Assembly: GCA_023133415.1 (NCBI GenBank)
Contig: JAGLWM010000002.1
Span: 24,081 to 88,080 of the forward strand
DNA length: 64,000 bases
Direction of reading: 5' to 3'
From: Candidatus Pacearchaeota archaeon
GTDB taxonomy: Archaea; Nanobdellota; Nanobdellia; Pacearchaeales; GW2011-AR1
The translations under genes and the position numbers were made by a program. Of this stretch, positions 9,481 to 19,553 are shown one piece after another; the first letter of the stretch is position 1, and each line of letters opens with the position of its first letter. Under the pieces are notes generated by a model. The model was not told the origin of the DNA and ran no database searches. It saw only the letters and a program-made list of their open reading frames with translations.

Positions 9481-10199
9481 GTTTGATTGAGAGCGTTAAG
9501 AGGAAGAAGGAGTTTTCTATGTTGCCAGATTCTATCGTGGAGCGAGCGCTGAAGGAATCTGGTGAGGATGTTAAAGAGGCTCGGAAGTTGCTTCGGAAAT
9601 ATTTTGGAGTTTTTTTGACGAATCGAGTTTTGAAGGGAAGGGGAGATTTGTTAGGGATTCATATATCGTCGAAGAAGAGGGATTATGAGGATTTTTATTT
9701 TAGGATTTTTGAAGGTATGGATAAAATTAGGAGTGTTGTTGATTTAGGCTGTGGGGTAAATGGATTTTCGTATGAGTATTTGAGAGATGTTATTGGGGAT
9801 GTTGATTATATTGGGGTTGAAGCTGCGGGGCAGTTGGTTGAATTAATGAATAAATATTTTGAGGAGAATGAGTTTAGTGCCTGGGCGATTAAGGGGGACT
9901 TGTTTGATATTGATGGGGTTGTTAAAATATTGGAGAAGAGCGCTAAGCCGAGGGTTGTTTTTTTGTTTCAGGTTGTTGATGCTTTGGAGAGTATGGAAAG
10001 AAATTTTTCTAAGAAGTTTATTTTGAAAGTGATGGAGGGATGTGAATGGATGGTTATTAGTTTGCCATTGGTGAGTTTGGGTGGGAGGAAGAAATTTGAG
10101 GTGAGCAGGAGGTGGTTGGTTGATTTTTTAGAGGAGGAGTTTATTGTCGAAAAGGATTTTGAGATGTTTGGGGAAAGGATTTTGATTTTTAGGAGGTGA
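9477..10199 (+). CDS. SAM-dependent methyltransferase resembling the 16S rRNA m7G1405 (FmrO/Rmt/ArmA) family
   Basis: HISSKKR, DLGCGVNGFSY, VISLPLVSLGGRKK resemble the family motifs HxSTxER, DxxCGxNP, SFPTKSLGGR. Confidence 0.6.
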   Translation: MSLIESVKRKKEFSMLPDSIVERALKESGEDVKEARKLLRKYFGVFLTNRVLKGRGDLLGIHISSKKRDYEDFYFRIFEGMDKIRSVVDLGCGVNGFSYEYLRDVIGDVDYIGVEAAGQLVELMNKYFEENEFSAWAIKGDLFDIDGVVKILEKSAKPRVVFLFQVVDALESMERNFSKKFILKVMEGCEWMVISLPLVSLGGRKKFEVSRRWLVDFLEEEFIVEKDFEMFGERILIFRR

Positions 10200-10236
10200 T
10201 AGTTAGTTATTTAAATTCGGATATTTTTTTGTTGGT

Positions 10237-11148
10237 ATGGTTATATATGTTATCGGACATAAGAGTCCGGATAGTGATTCGGTTTGTGCGGCCTTGGCTG
10301 TTGCGGATTTGAAGAGGCAGTTGGGGGATGATGTCGAGGCTCGGGTTGCTGGAGAGATTAATTCGGAGAGTCGGTTTATTTTGGAGAAGTTTGGAGTTGG
10401 TGTGCCTGATATTTTGGAGGATGCGAGTGGTAAAGAGATTATTTTGGTCGATCATACGGATTTGTCGCAGGCTGTTGTTGGCATGGAGAACGCGGAGATT
10501 GTGGGGATTGTTGATCATCATAAGCTTGGGGATGTTACTACAAGCAAGCCGCTCGAGATTTTGGTTCGGCCGCTTGGGAGCACTTGCACGATTATCAAGG
10601 GATTGTTTGATTATTATGAGAAGAGGATTTCTAGGGAAATTGCGGGGTTGATGCTTTGTGCGATTTTGAGTGATAGTGTTATTTTTAGGTCGCCGACGAC
10701 TACAGATGAAGATAGGAGGGTTGCTCGTGAGTTGGCGGAGATTGCAGGGATCGAGAATTTGGAAGAGTTGGGGATGGAGATGTTTAGGGTAAAGTCTGAG
10801 GTTGAAGGGGTTTTGGCGAGGGATTTGGTAATGAGAGATTATAAGGATTTTGAGATGGGCGGGAAACGGATAGGTATTGGGCAGTTGGAGTTGGTTGATT
10901 TGGAGTTGGTTGCCGGAATTAGAAATGAGTTATTGGAGGAGATGAGGAAGTTGAAGGATGAAGGGAGGCATGCGGTGTTTTTGATGTTGACGGATATTAT
11001 GAAGGAAGGAACGGAATTGCTTTGTGTTTCGGATGAGGAAGGTTTGAGAGAGAGGGTTTTTGGAGATAGTGAGGATGGATGGCTTGAGGGAATGATGAGT
11101 CGGAAGAAGCAGGTGGTGCCTGAACTTGAAAAATATTTTTCAAGTTAG
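10237..11148 (+). CDS. ppaC: Manganese-dependent inorganic pyrophosphatase (DHH family II)
   Basis: GHKSPDSDS, LVDH, VDHH, AILSDS, SRKKQVVP motifs. Confidence 0.95.
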   Translation: MVIYVIGHKSPDSDSVCAALAVADLKRQLGDDVEARVAGEINSESRFILEKFGVGVPDILEDASGKEIILVDHTDLSQAVVGMENAEIVGIVDHHKLGDVTTSKPLEILVRPLGSTCTIIKGLFDYYEKRISREIAGLMLCAILSDSVIFRSPTTTDEDRRVARELAEIAGIENLEELGMEMFRVKSEVEGVLARDLVMRDYKDFEMGGKRIGIGQLELVDLELVAGIRNELLEEMRKLKDEGRHAVFLMLTDIMKEGTELLCVSDEEGLRERVFGDSEDGWLEGMMSRKKQVVPELEKYFSS

Positions 11149-11220
11149 GTGTTGGTATTAGGTCGCTTTGTATATATTTATATTAGAAAGTTATTTAAGT
11201 AAGGCTGATAATTTTTTGTT

Positions 11221-12471
11221 ATGGAATTTGAAAAAAGGGTTTTGGCGAATGGGTTGACGGTTTTGTTTGAGAAGCGGGATGTTGATGTGACTAGTGTGAT
11301 GTTGGGCGTGAAGTATGGGTCGGCTTATGATTCTATTGAGGAGAAGGGGATGGCGCATTTTATTGAGCATTTGTGTTTTAAGGGGACGAAGAAGCGGACA
11401 GCGAAGCAGATTGTTGATGAAGTTGAGAAGATTGGAGGGGAGGTGAATGCTTTTACTCATGAAGAGATTACGGCTTATTATGTTAAGTTGTCGTCGGAGC
11501 ATTTGGATGTGGCAATGGATGTGATTTTTGATATTTTTTTTAGTCCTGTTTTTCCTGAGGGGGATGTTGGAAGGGAGGCGAGTGTTATCTGTGAGGAGAT
11601 TAAAATGGTTAGAGATAATCCGATGAGACATGCATTGGAGAAAATTAAGGAAAATTTGTATGAGGAACCATTCGGGTTTTTTGGTGGCGGGAGGGCTGAG
11701 GTTGTTCGGCGAATGACAAGGAATCAATTGAAGGGGAGGCATGATGAGGTTTATCTTCCTGAGAATTCGGTTCTTTGTGTTGTTGGGAATAATGATTTTA
11801 GCGAGATAATTTCCCTTGCAGAGAAACTTACTTTGGGGGTCAGAAGTCAGAGGTCGGAAGTCGGGGCCGCTCGGCACACCCCAAATACTCTGAGTTCTGG
11901 GGCGAGTCAGAAGTTGGAGGTGCCGGAGATTGTTGGGAAGATTGTTAAGAATGATGAAAAGAGGGCGGGTTTGGAGCAAGCGAATGTTGTGCTTGGTTTT
12001 CATTTTCCGATGGCGAGCGATAAGGAGCGTTATGCTGCGGAGGTTTTTTCGGCGATTTTGGGGCAGGGGATGAGTTCAAAGCTTTTTGCAGAGGTCCGAG
12101 AGAAGAGGGGTTTGGTTTATGGGGTAAAAACGGATTTGGATATGGGGAAGAATTATGGCTATATGGTGATTTGGGCTGGGACAGATCCAGTGAAGGTTGA
12201 GGAGGTGAAGAGTATCTGTTTAGAGGAGTTTGGGAAGATGGGGGAGATTACTGAGGCTGAGTTGGAGGAAGCGAAGGCTCAGGTTGTTGGGAATTGGAAG
12301 GTTGAGTCAGAGGGGTCTAGTGAGACGGCTGTGAATTTGATTATGGAGGAGATTGCAGGGGATGCTAGGGAGTATTATGATTATGAGGATAGAATTGGTG
12401 AGGTGACGCTTGAGGATATTAAGAAGTTGGCTGGGAAGACTGAGTTCGCTTCGTTTAGTTTGGGGCCATGA
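11221..12471 (+). CDS. M16 (pitrilysin-family) zinc peptidase with in-frame repeat insertion
   Basis: GMAHFIEHLCFKGT inverted HXXEH; NAFT; SSKLF.EVREKRGLVY. Confidence 0.92.
   Translation: MEFEKRVLANGLTVLFEKRDVDVTSVMLGVKYGSAYDSIEEKGMAHFIEHLCFKGTKKRTAKQIVDEVEKIGGEVNAFTHEEITAYYVKLSSEHLDVAMDVIFDIFFSPVFPEGDVGREASVICEEIKMVRDNPMRHALEKIKENLYEEPFGFFGGGRAEVVRRMTRNQLKGRHDEVYLPENSVLCVVGNNDFSEIISLAEKLTLGVRSQRSEVGAARHTPNTLSSGASQKLEVPEIVGKIVKNDEKRAGLEQANVVLGFHFPMASDKERYAAEVFSAILGQGMSSKLFAEVREKRGLVYGVKTDLDMGKNYGYMVIWAGTDPVKVEEVKSICLEEFGKMGEITEAELEEAKAQVVGNWKVESEGSSETAVNLIMEEIAGDAREYYDYEDRIGEVTLEDIKKLAGKTEFASFSLGP
11839..11914 (+). repeat. Heptamer tract plus family B hairpin inside the peptidase CDS
   Basis: GTCAGAA GTCAGAG GTCGGAA GTC then GCCGCTCGGCACACCCCAAA...CTGGGGCG; AGTCAGA repeated 60 nt apart. 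Confidence 0.8.
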
Positions 12472-12493
12472 TAGTTAATTTTAAAAGTTGTAA

Positions 12494-12940
12494 ATGTTTT
12501 TGAGTGTTATGAATTCTTATCAAATAAGGAGTGCTAAGTTAACCGAATCTAAAAAGATTTATTTAGATATTTTAAAGAGGTCTGGTCGAGAGGCATATAA
12601 TGAGCAACTTATTCGTGATTTAATTAAAGACGATTTCTCTATTTGTTTGGTTGCAAAAAAGGCGGGAGAGATTGTGGGTACACTAGGTGCAAGAAGAGAG
12701 GGATATAGGGCATATTGGTTGTATTTTTTGCACTCCAAGGAAGAGGATGATGGTGAAATTGAGGAGTTATTAATGAAAAATTTTTTGGGGACGGTAAAAA
12801 TAAAAAATGCAAATAAGATTGCTTCTGATACTCCTGAAATTAAATTGCTTAAAAGATTTGGTTTTAATGAAGTTGGGAGAATTCCAAAATGGCAGTCGGA
12901 TGGGAAGGATCAAGTAATAATGTTTAAAGAATTAAAGTGA
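12494..12940 (+). CDS. GNAT-family acetyltransferase
   Basis: LVAKKAGEIVG...; LLKRFGFNEVGRIP.W...GKDQVIM.K.L. Confidence 0.7.
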   Translation: MFLSVMNSYQIRSAKLTESKKIYLDILKRSGREAYNEQLIRDLIKDDFSICLVAKKAGEIVGTLGARREGYRAYWLYFLHSKEEDDGEIEELLMKNFLGTVKIKNANKIASDTPEIKLLKRFGFNEVGRIPKWQSDGKDQVIMFKELK

Positions 12941-13196
12941 ATTAGTTTTGAGTGCTAATGTATAATTTTAAATTCTGTTTTAATGATTTATTTTATGAAA
13001 ATCTTAGTGTGTCGAGGGTTAATGTTTTAGGGAAGATTGATATTGAGAAAATGGGAGAAAAAGTTTTGGCGGGGATGATAAGATTTATAGAGACATGATT
13101 CATGAAATTGCATCGAGAGTTGAAGTTGTTGTCATAGATAATTCTTTTGTGAAAAGTAAATATTCAATCGACTTAGGATATTTTATTGAATAGTTT

Positions 13197-13889
13197 TTAA
13201 TCTTTTAGAAGTGAGAAAAATCTTTTTATTTTGTCTTCGTTGAGTATTTTTATTTCTTTAAATTCTTTTTCGGTGGTTTTGAAAATATTCTCTAATGATT
13301 TGAATTCTTCTAAGAGGTTTTTTGCGGCGACGGGTCCTATTCCTGGGAAGCCTTCGAGAATGAATTGTTTTTGTTCTTTTGGTGTTTTTAGGGTTTTTGT
13401 TTGGCGGATTGTGTTTTGTGTTTTTGATTTTTCATATCGTTTAGCGAGGAGTATTAGAAAATTCGCGGTGTCTTCTTCGTTTTCTGTATAGATTATTGGA
13501 ATTTGAAAATCTGTTGCGATTGATAATAGCATTCCTCTAATGGCATTTTCATGAATGTTGAATTTAGCGTATTCATAATGGAAGCTTTCGAGGATTAGAA
13601 GTTGTTTAGGATATTTTTTCATTTCTTTTAATTGGGAAGTTAAGCGTTTGTCTATTATAGATGAGATGAAATCTGGGAAGGTTTTTCGTTCGACGATTGT
13701 CTCATTAATAAGATAGTCGCCGATTTCGAGGAGTTCGTGTTTTATATTTGCTTTTTGTTGAATGAGGTTTGCGGTAATGAGTGATTGTTTTTCACGGGTA
13801 TCGACGATGATTGAGATTTTTGGGTTTGGGCAAGATTTGGTTTGAGTGAGTGTTGGGGTGGTCGAGAAAATGTTTTCGATTTGTTTCAT
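13197..13889 (-). CDS. XPF/ERCC4 nuclease with HhH domains (nuclease half of Hef)
   Basis: IVDTRE, GDY, VERKTFPDF (ERKxxxD), PGIGPVAAKNLL HhH. Confidence 0.92.
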   Translation of the reverse strand: MKQIENIFSTTPTLTQTKSCPNPKISIIVDTREKQSLITANLIQQKANIKHELLEIGDYLINETIVERKTFPDFISSIIDKRLTSQLKEMKKYPKQLLILESFHYEYAKFNIHENAIRGMLLSIATDFQIPIIYTENEEDTANFLILLAKRYEKSKTQNTIRQTKTLKTPKEQKQFILEGFPGIGPVAAKNLLEEFKSLENIFKTTEKEFKEIKILNEDKIKRFFSLLKD

Positions 13890-14149
13890 ATTTTTTTGTT
13901 GATTTTTGTATATAAATATTTTTTTATACGTAATTTTTTAAACTATTTTTTTGTATTATTTTATAATGGTCGGGAAAATGGGAAGTAGTAGCGGGAGTAT
14001 TAGGATTTTGGAAATTATTACAAATAATGGAAGAAGGGGGAAAATGATTAATCAAAATTTGAAAGTTTTAAGAAAACATTTTTCTAATAAAATTTTGGAA
14101 AATAGTTTAGTACAAGCAATTACAAAAAATAATGCATAAATTTGATTTG

Positions 14150-15700
14150 CTATATAAACAGATTTTTTTGGTTTTCTTTTAAATCGAACTCTTTTTTTAT
14201 TTGTTGAATTGCCGAGTGCATTTGTTTTTCTTTGTGGTGTGCGACGTAGTGGAAAATTTCATCTGCTGTTTTTTTGGTAATTAGGATTTTTAATTTCCCT
14301 TTTGAGAGACGCGCGGTTCTTCCTGCTCGTTGAATTTTTCGGATTGCGGAGGGGATTGGTTCGTAGAATATGACTTCGTTTACTTCTGGAATATCGAGTC
14401 CTTCTTCGGCTATGGATGTTGCAACTAGAACATTTATTTTTCCTGCTTTGAATTTTTCTATTATTTCTTTTTGTTCTTTTTGTTTGAGTCCGGTTGTCTT
14501 GCCTTTGCCATGATTTTTGATTGCTTGGCCAACGAAGTTTTCGGCTTTTATATTTGGGATTGTATTTAGCGTTTCTGATATTGTTCGGACGGTCTCTCTG
14601 AATTGGGCGAAGATTATGATTTTGGAGCTAGGGTTTTTTTGGAATTGGTTTTTTACGATTTTTTTTAGTTCGTAGAGTTTTGGATGTTCTTGATTTAATA
14701 ATTGGGCGAGAGAAAATGCTTTTGTGAACTCTGGCATCGTTGTGAGTCTCTGGACGCTTTTGGATTTTTTTTCTGCGGCTTGTTTGAATAGATCTTTTAG
14801 GTAAGAGATGAATGATGAGATTGTTTGGGTTTCGAGAAGGGTGATTGCGTGGGAGATTTTTAGCGCGGTTGCTGTGGCGGATATTGCGAGCATTTTGTTC
14901 AGATCTTTTTTTCTTTTGATTTCTTGCATAAGACGGGATTGAATTTTTAGGAGCATGGTTTTTGAGGGATAGCTAAAGAGGACTCGTCGGTGTTTTAGTT
15001 CAGATACTTTTCTGTTGTAGATTTTTTCTAAAAGGAGTTTTATTTCTAGGAAGTCGGATGGGAAGTCGACTTCGATTTTTTCGAATTCGAGGTCTTGAAG
15101 GTAGGGTTTGACGTCGGGAGAATCTCGGGTTCTGATTTCGACTGCTTTGATTCCGAGGTTGTTGCAAACTTCTTGGATTGTTTTTTTGTCTCCGCCTGGA
15201 GATGCCGTTAGAGCCAAGACTCGTCGGTTGCTGGATTGTGTTTTGTATTTTTGCGCTACAAAGTTGTAGGCATAGTTTTTGAGGCAGCGGTGGCATTCGT
15301 CGACTACGAGGAGGGATACTTCTTTTAGGTCATATAATTCTTTTTTTAGATCGTTTGATATGCATTGTGGGGTTGAAAAGATGAATTCGGCGGTTTCCCA
15401 TATTTCTTTTCTTTTTGTGGAGGGGGTTTTCCCAGTGAAGAGTTGCATGTCTGCCCAGTCTTCGGGAAGGTTTTTTTTGAATGATTCGAAGTGTTGTTCA
15501 ATTAAAGGTTTGGTTGGAGCGAGAATTAGGATTTTTTGAAGTGGGTATTTTTTGAAACGATTGATTGTGAGCATTAGTGCGAGGAGTGTTTTTCCTGTTC
15601 CGGTTGGTAGAATTACTAAGCAATCTTTTTCTTCGCAGGTTTTGTAAATTGCGGACTGGTATTCTCTGGGTTGGATATTTTTTAGTAATTTGTGTGGCAT
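14150..15700 (-). CDS. Hef/FANCM-like SF2 helicase (helicase half only)
   Basis: PREYQ, LPTGTGKT, DECH, LTASPG, EEGLDIP, IQRAGRTAR. Confidence 0.92.
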   Translation of the reverse strand: MPHKLLKNIQPREYQSAIYKTCEEKDCLVILPTGTGKTLLALMLTINRFKKYPLQKILILAPTKPLIEQHFESFKKNLPEDWADMQLFTGKTPSTKRKEIWETAEFIFSTPQCISNDLKKELYDLKEVSLLVVDECHRCLKNYAYNFVAQKYKTQSSNRRVLALTASPGGDKKTIQEVCNNLGIKAVEIRTRDSPDVKPYLQDLEFEKIEVDFPSDFLEIKLLLEKIYNRKVSELKHRRVLFSYPSKTMLLKIQSRLMQEIKRKKDLNKMLAISATATALKISHAITLLETQTISSFISYLKDLFKQAAEKKSKSVQRLTTMPEFTKAFSLAQLLNQEHPKLYELKKIVKNQFQKNPSSKIIIFAQFRETVRTISETLNTIPNIKAENFVGQAIKNHGKGKTTGLKQKEQKEIIEKFKAGKINVLVATSIAEEGLDIPEVNEVIFYEPIPSAIRKIQRAGRTARLSKGKLKILITKKTADEIFHYVAHHKEKQMHSAIQQIKKEFDLKENQKNLFI

Positions 15701-15788
15701 AGAAAAAATAAATTGGGAGGGTATTTATAGGTTGCGAGATTGTCGGGTTTATTTTAATAAAGATGTAATAGTATTATTTTTTACTCGA

Positions 15789-17276
15789 TTATTTCTTTTG
15801 AATTTTGAAATAAATAAAAGTTGGGATTTTCATTTGTTTCTCATTTATTTTAATATTTATAAAAATTTTTCTTCCTTCGTGGAAAGCTATGATGTTAAAA
15901 TTTTTTAGCAAGAATGGACTTAAATAATTAGAAAAAGTATGTGAAGGTTCTTGCACTATCAATTGTCCGTCAAATATCGGCAAATTTACAATTTCTTGCG
16001 TATGATAATTATTTTCTTTTTTATATGATAAAAGCATAAGGGGATGAGCTACAATTATCCCTGCTGTCCCATTTTTTTTCAAAACCCTATAAATTTCTTT
16101 AAAGGCAGTTGTCGGATTTTTTGCATAATGAATCGCACAATTACTTATTATAATATCAAATGAATTATTTTGAAAAGGCAAATTATTAAAATTTGCAATT
16201 TGCATATATTTTTTTAAATGAGGATACTTGTTTATCCCTTCCTGTATCATGTTTTTTGAAGAATCAATTCCTATAACTTCTGCACCCCGTAGATAGCAAT
16301 AATTCAAATCATCACCAATGCCACATCCAATATCGAGAATTTTTTTATTTTCTATATTCCCTAATTCTTTTTTTAATAAGTTTATATGTTCCGCATTATT
16401 AATTTCAAACCTTTTTCCTTTGTGGAGATAATCTTGATATTTTTTGTCATATTGTGTTTCATATCTTTTACTACACCTAACAATAATATTATACATACCA
16501 CCTTTGATAAAATTTATAAAAAAATCAACTTTCTTGTTTGGTCTGGCAATAATTTTTTCATCAATTTGAAGTCCGCATTTGTTAAGCCATTCTTCTGCGG
16601 CTTTTTCCGTTTTCCATTCGTAATAATGAAATTTCTTACTAAATGAATCAATTTTGCAAATAGGAATAGATAAAATGAAATTTGATTTATCAGGAGATTT
16701 TTTGACAAGTTGTGATAGATATAATGTAGGGTCTTTAGTGTGCTCAATTGAATCCATAAACAAATATGTATCAAAATTTCCGGGATACTTTTGATTATCC
16801 ATATTATCAATTTTGAAATTAATTTGTTTTTCCCACGAAGGGACTTTGTAGTTTAAGATAATTTTAGCAAAGTTTATTGTCGAGGAATCCATATCAATTA
16901 AAGTCAATTTTTTATTGTCTTGTAATACATATTCAAAAACATATTTAGAGGGTGTTCCAAAACCAATTTCTGCAATTGATTCAGGATTTATTTTATTAAG
17001 AAATTTTATTACAGCATCTTGTCTTATTTGATGATAAGAATTCTTTACTAAATTTAATAAATGGAGTGTTAGATTCATTTCTTTTGTTGAATAAATTTTA
17101 TTATTATATTTTTGCTCAACTGCACACATATCATAATCAATTGCCTTTTCTATAATTTTTTTTTCAGATGAGTTTATGGCTTTAATGAGAAATTTAAATT
17201 CTTGTTTATAGGCAGGATTATTTATTACGAATTTGGTTCTTTGTATTGTTTTTTGTCTTAATTTTATTTTATCCAT
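15789..17276 (-). CDS. Tandem two-domain class I SAM-dependent methyltransferase
   Basis: IAEIGFG...DSIEHT.DP and ILDIGCGIG...LPF.NNSFD...EIYRVLKKNG; AT-rich without the host strand skew. Confidence 0.8.
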   Translation of the reverse strand: MDKIKLRQKTIQRTKFVINNPAYKQEFKFLIKAINSSEKKIIEKAIDYDMCAVEQKYNNKIYSTKEMNLTLHLLNLVKNSYHQIRQDAVIKFLNKINPESIAEIGFGTPSKYVFEYVLQDNKKLTLIDMDSSTINFAKIILNYKVPSWEKQINFKIDNMDNQKYPGNFDTYLFMDSIEHTKDPTLYLSQLVKKSPDKSNFILSIPICKIDSFSKKFHYYEWKTEKAAEEWLNKCGLQIDEKIIARPNKKVDFFINFIKGGMYNIIVRCSKRYETQYDKKYQDYLHKGKRFEINNAEHINLLKKELGNIENKKILDIGCGIGDDLNYCYLRGAEVIGIDSSKNMIQEGINKYPHLKKYMQIANFNNLPFQNNSFDIIISNCAIHYAKNPTTAFKEIYRVLKKNGTAGIIVAHPLMLLSYKKENNYHTQEIVNLPIFDGQLIVQEPSHTFSNYLSPFLLKNFNIIAFHEGRKIFINIKINEKQMKIPTFIYFKIQKK

Positions 17277-17283
17277 TTTGAAT

Positions 17284-17898
17284 TTATATAACTGTTAGTG
17301 CTAATGCTAAAAACAGCATCGCGATTGTGAATACGACGGTCCACAGTGCTCGGCTTGCGTAGAAAATTTTTGATCCGTCGAGTCGGCTGAATGGGATTAC
17401 GGACCATGCGATGAAGTAGATTGAAAGTTTTGCGAATAATTCGAATCCTGCGATGTAGGCGGTTATTGCCAAGATTAGGTTCGTGATTATTCCCCAAATT
17501 GCAATCCATGCCATGTGCCATTCTGTTACTTCGCTAAATCTATATAATCCGTGTCTTCGGGTTGCTCGTTCCGGTTTTGCCTTGACATCGAATTCTAATA
17601 CTCCGAGCCAGAGGAAGAATCCTTTTGAGAAGAGAGTTAGGAGAAGTGGGAGCCAAATCATTGGGATAGGTTTGTTAAAGTGCATATCTTTTCTGAAGCC
17701 ATATTGGTAAAGTGTCCAAAATTTTGTTTTGATGTCGGTTTCGAATTTGTAGGCGACGATTTTTTTTGCGAGGATGTTTGCGGTTATTATTATTAGAAAG
17801 CTTAGAGTTGCGGCATATAGGATGTCGGTGTTTTTGAAGGAGACGGCTAGGGCCAGGACAATTGCGGTTATGATAACTACGAAAGGTTCTTTGTTCAT
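17284..17898 (-). CDS. Membrane protein, peptidase M50-like fold (apparently lacking HEXXH)
   Basis: IAIWGIITNL...IPFSRLDGSKI resembles the M50 AGP..N...NLxPxxxLDG motif. Confidence 0.5.
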   Translation of the reverse strand: MNKEPFVVIITAIVLALAVSFKNTDILYAATLSFLIIITANILAKKIVAYKFETDIKTKFWTLYQYGFRKDMHFNKPIPMIWLPLLLTLFSKGFFLWLGVLEFDVKAKPERATRRHGLYRFSEVTEWHMAWIAIWGIITNLILAITAYIAGFELFAKLSIYFIAWSVIPFSRLDGSKIFYASRALWTVVFTIAMLFLALALTVI

Positions 17899-18040
17899 AG
17901 TAAAAGAAGTTTATTATTTTTTATAAAGCTTTTCAAATTAAACATTTTTTGTTAAGGGAGTGTTGAAATATAGATTTAATGCTAGGTTATATGTTTTTGA
18001 ACATAGAAATGTATTTAAATGAAAAGTTTGTTGGTGTTTC

Positions 18041-18337
18041 ATGTTGAAGATAAAAAGACTTAGTGAAGTTATTGGAAGGCGAGTTTATACTGATTCGGGA
18101 GACTTGTTTGGAGTGATTGAGGAAGTTAACTTGGTTGATAATCGGATTGATGGTTGGAGGATTGTTGTTTCGAGGGAGTCTGGAATGATTGAGATTTTGG
18201 GTGGAGCTCGAGGGGTTATTGTTCCGCACCAGTTTATTAAGGCGATTGGAGATATTATTATTATTAATAAGAATGCAGTTCCGGTTAGGCAGGAAGAAGA
18301 GGATGGGGATCTTGGCTTTGATTCTGAAGAAGAGTAA
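18041..18337 (+). CDS. PRC-barrel domain protein (CdpB-like)
   Basis: LSEVIGRRVYTDSGDLFG.IEEV...VIVP...IKAIGDIIII. Confidence 0.8.
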   Translation: MLKIKRLSEVIGRRVYTDSGDLFGVIEEVNLVDNRIDGWRIVVSRESGMIEILGGARGVIVPHQFIKAIGDIIIINKNAVPVRQEEEDGDLGFDSEEE

Positions 18338-18409
18338 TTTTAATTTTTAGCGCAAATTTTGTCGTGGTAGTTCTGCGTACCCACTAATTTGCTTGGCAGT
18401 GATACACCA
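18335..18409 (+). repeat. Remnant of a stop-codon fold-back element joined to a family B fragment
   Basis: TTTTTAGCGCAAATTTTGTCGTG matches 20572-20594; TAGTTCTGCGTACCC...GCTTGGCAGT matches family B. Confidence 0.65.
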
Positions 18410-18436
18410 AGATAAAGAATTGAGGGTAAGAATTGT

Positions 18437-18793
18437 TTAATCTTTACAATATCTTTCTAAATCATCTATTCCTCTTTGATAAGCGCCTTTTTTAGAAAAC
18501 TGTGCATTAGTGTAATATTTTTTGAACAAATCGTAAGCATGTTCAGAAGATTGAACTGGAATTTCAGGATTTATAAGAGGGTTTGTTAAAGATCTAAGTT
18601 TTGTTATATCAATTATCGGCAAATCCTGTCTCCACATCGCACTACCATTTTGGAAAGTTAAAGAAGCATCTAAAAAAGTGCGTGTTTCATTTACTCTATT
18701 ATCAAGTAATTTTTGAGTCCTAGAAACAAAACTAGATTTATAAGTGTGATCTATTCTATCAGACATTGCTTGTAATTGCTCGCCAATTGACAT
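18437..18793 (-). CDS. Hypothetical protein
   Basis: 118-aa ORF with upstream GGAG; no recognisable motif. Confidence 0.5.
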   Translation of the reverse strand: MSIGEQLQAMSDRIDHTYKSSFVSRTQKLLDNRVNETRTFLDASLTFQNGSAMWRQDLPIIDITKLRSLTNPLINPEIPVQSSEHAYDLFKKYYTNAQFSKKGAYQRGIDDLERYCKD

Positions 18794-19032
18794 TTTATTC
18801 TCCTTATAAAGGAGGGTAGGATATATAAAACTTTCGGTTCATTGGTCTTTTGGAAGTAGTAACAATTCTTACTCATTCTCAAATTAGGCGATTGTGGAAA
18901 TTGAGATTAATATGCAATTATCGTTTTTAAAAGTTTATGGGTTTCAGATTTTTTGCATGGTTTGTAAATATGTTCTAAGTTTATAATCTTAACTTCAGAT
19001 AAATTTATATAAGATTTTAGTTTGGGAAATGT

Positions 19033-19515
19033 ATGATATTTGACAATCCATTTTTTACGGAAATGTTGTTGCCTTTTTTATTAGTGTTCGTTGTAGTGTT
19101 TGCGATTTTGCAGAAGTCGAAAATTTTGGGAGAGGGGAAGGCGCAGGTTGATGCGATGGTTGCATTGGTCGTTGGTTTGATTTTGATTGGGGTTCCAGGT
19201 CCGCGAGATATTTTGGTTGGAATTATGCCCTGGATGGCGGTTGGTGTTGCGGTGATTTTAGTATTTTTGATTTTGTATGGTTTTGTTGCTGGGGATTTGA
19301 GTGGGGCGGGCACGCCTGCTTGGTTGAAGAATGTATTTATGGGTTTGGCGACATTGTTTACTTTAGGTGTTGTTTTATTTGTGAGTGGCTTGGGATCGAA
19401 GCTATGGGATTCGTTTGGAGGGAGTAGCGATGTTTGGATGAACGTTATTATGATTGTTTTGGTTCTTGGGGCAATGGCGGTTGCGATTTTTGGTGCGAAG
19501 AAGAAAAAAGATTAA
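19033..19515 (+). CDS. Multi-TM membrane protein, paralog 1
   Basis: LPFLLVFVVVFAILQKSKILG motif shared with the next two genes. Confidence 0.8.
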   Translation: MIFDNPFFTEMLLPFLLVFVVVFAILQKSKILGEGKAQVDAMVALVVGLILIGVPGPRDILVGIMPWMAVGVAVILVFLILYGFVAGDLSGAGTPAWLKNVFMGLATLFTLGVVLFVSGLGSKLWDSFGGSSDVWMNVIMIVLVLGAMAVAIFGAKKKKD

Positions 19516-19553
19516 CTGGAAAGATATATAAATAAGATTTGTTTGTAGAAACC

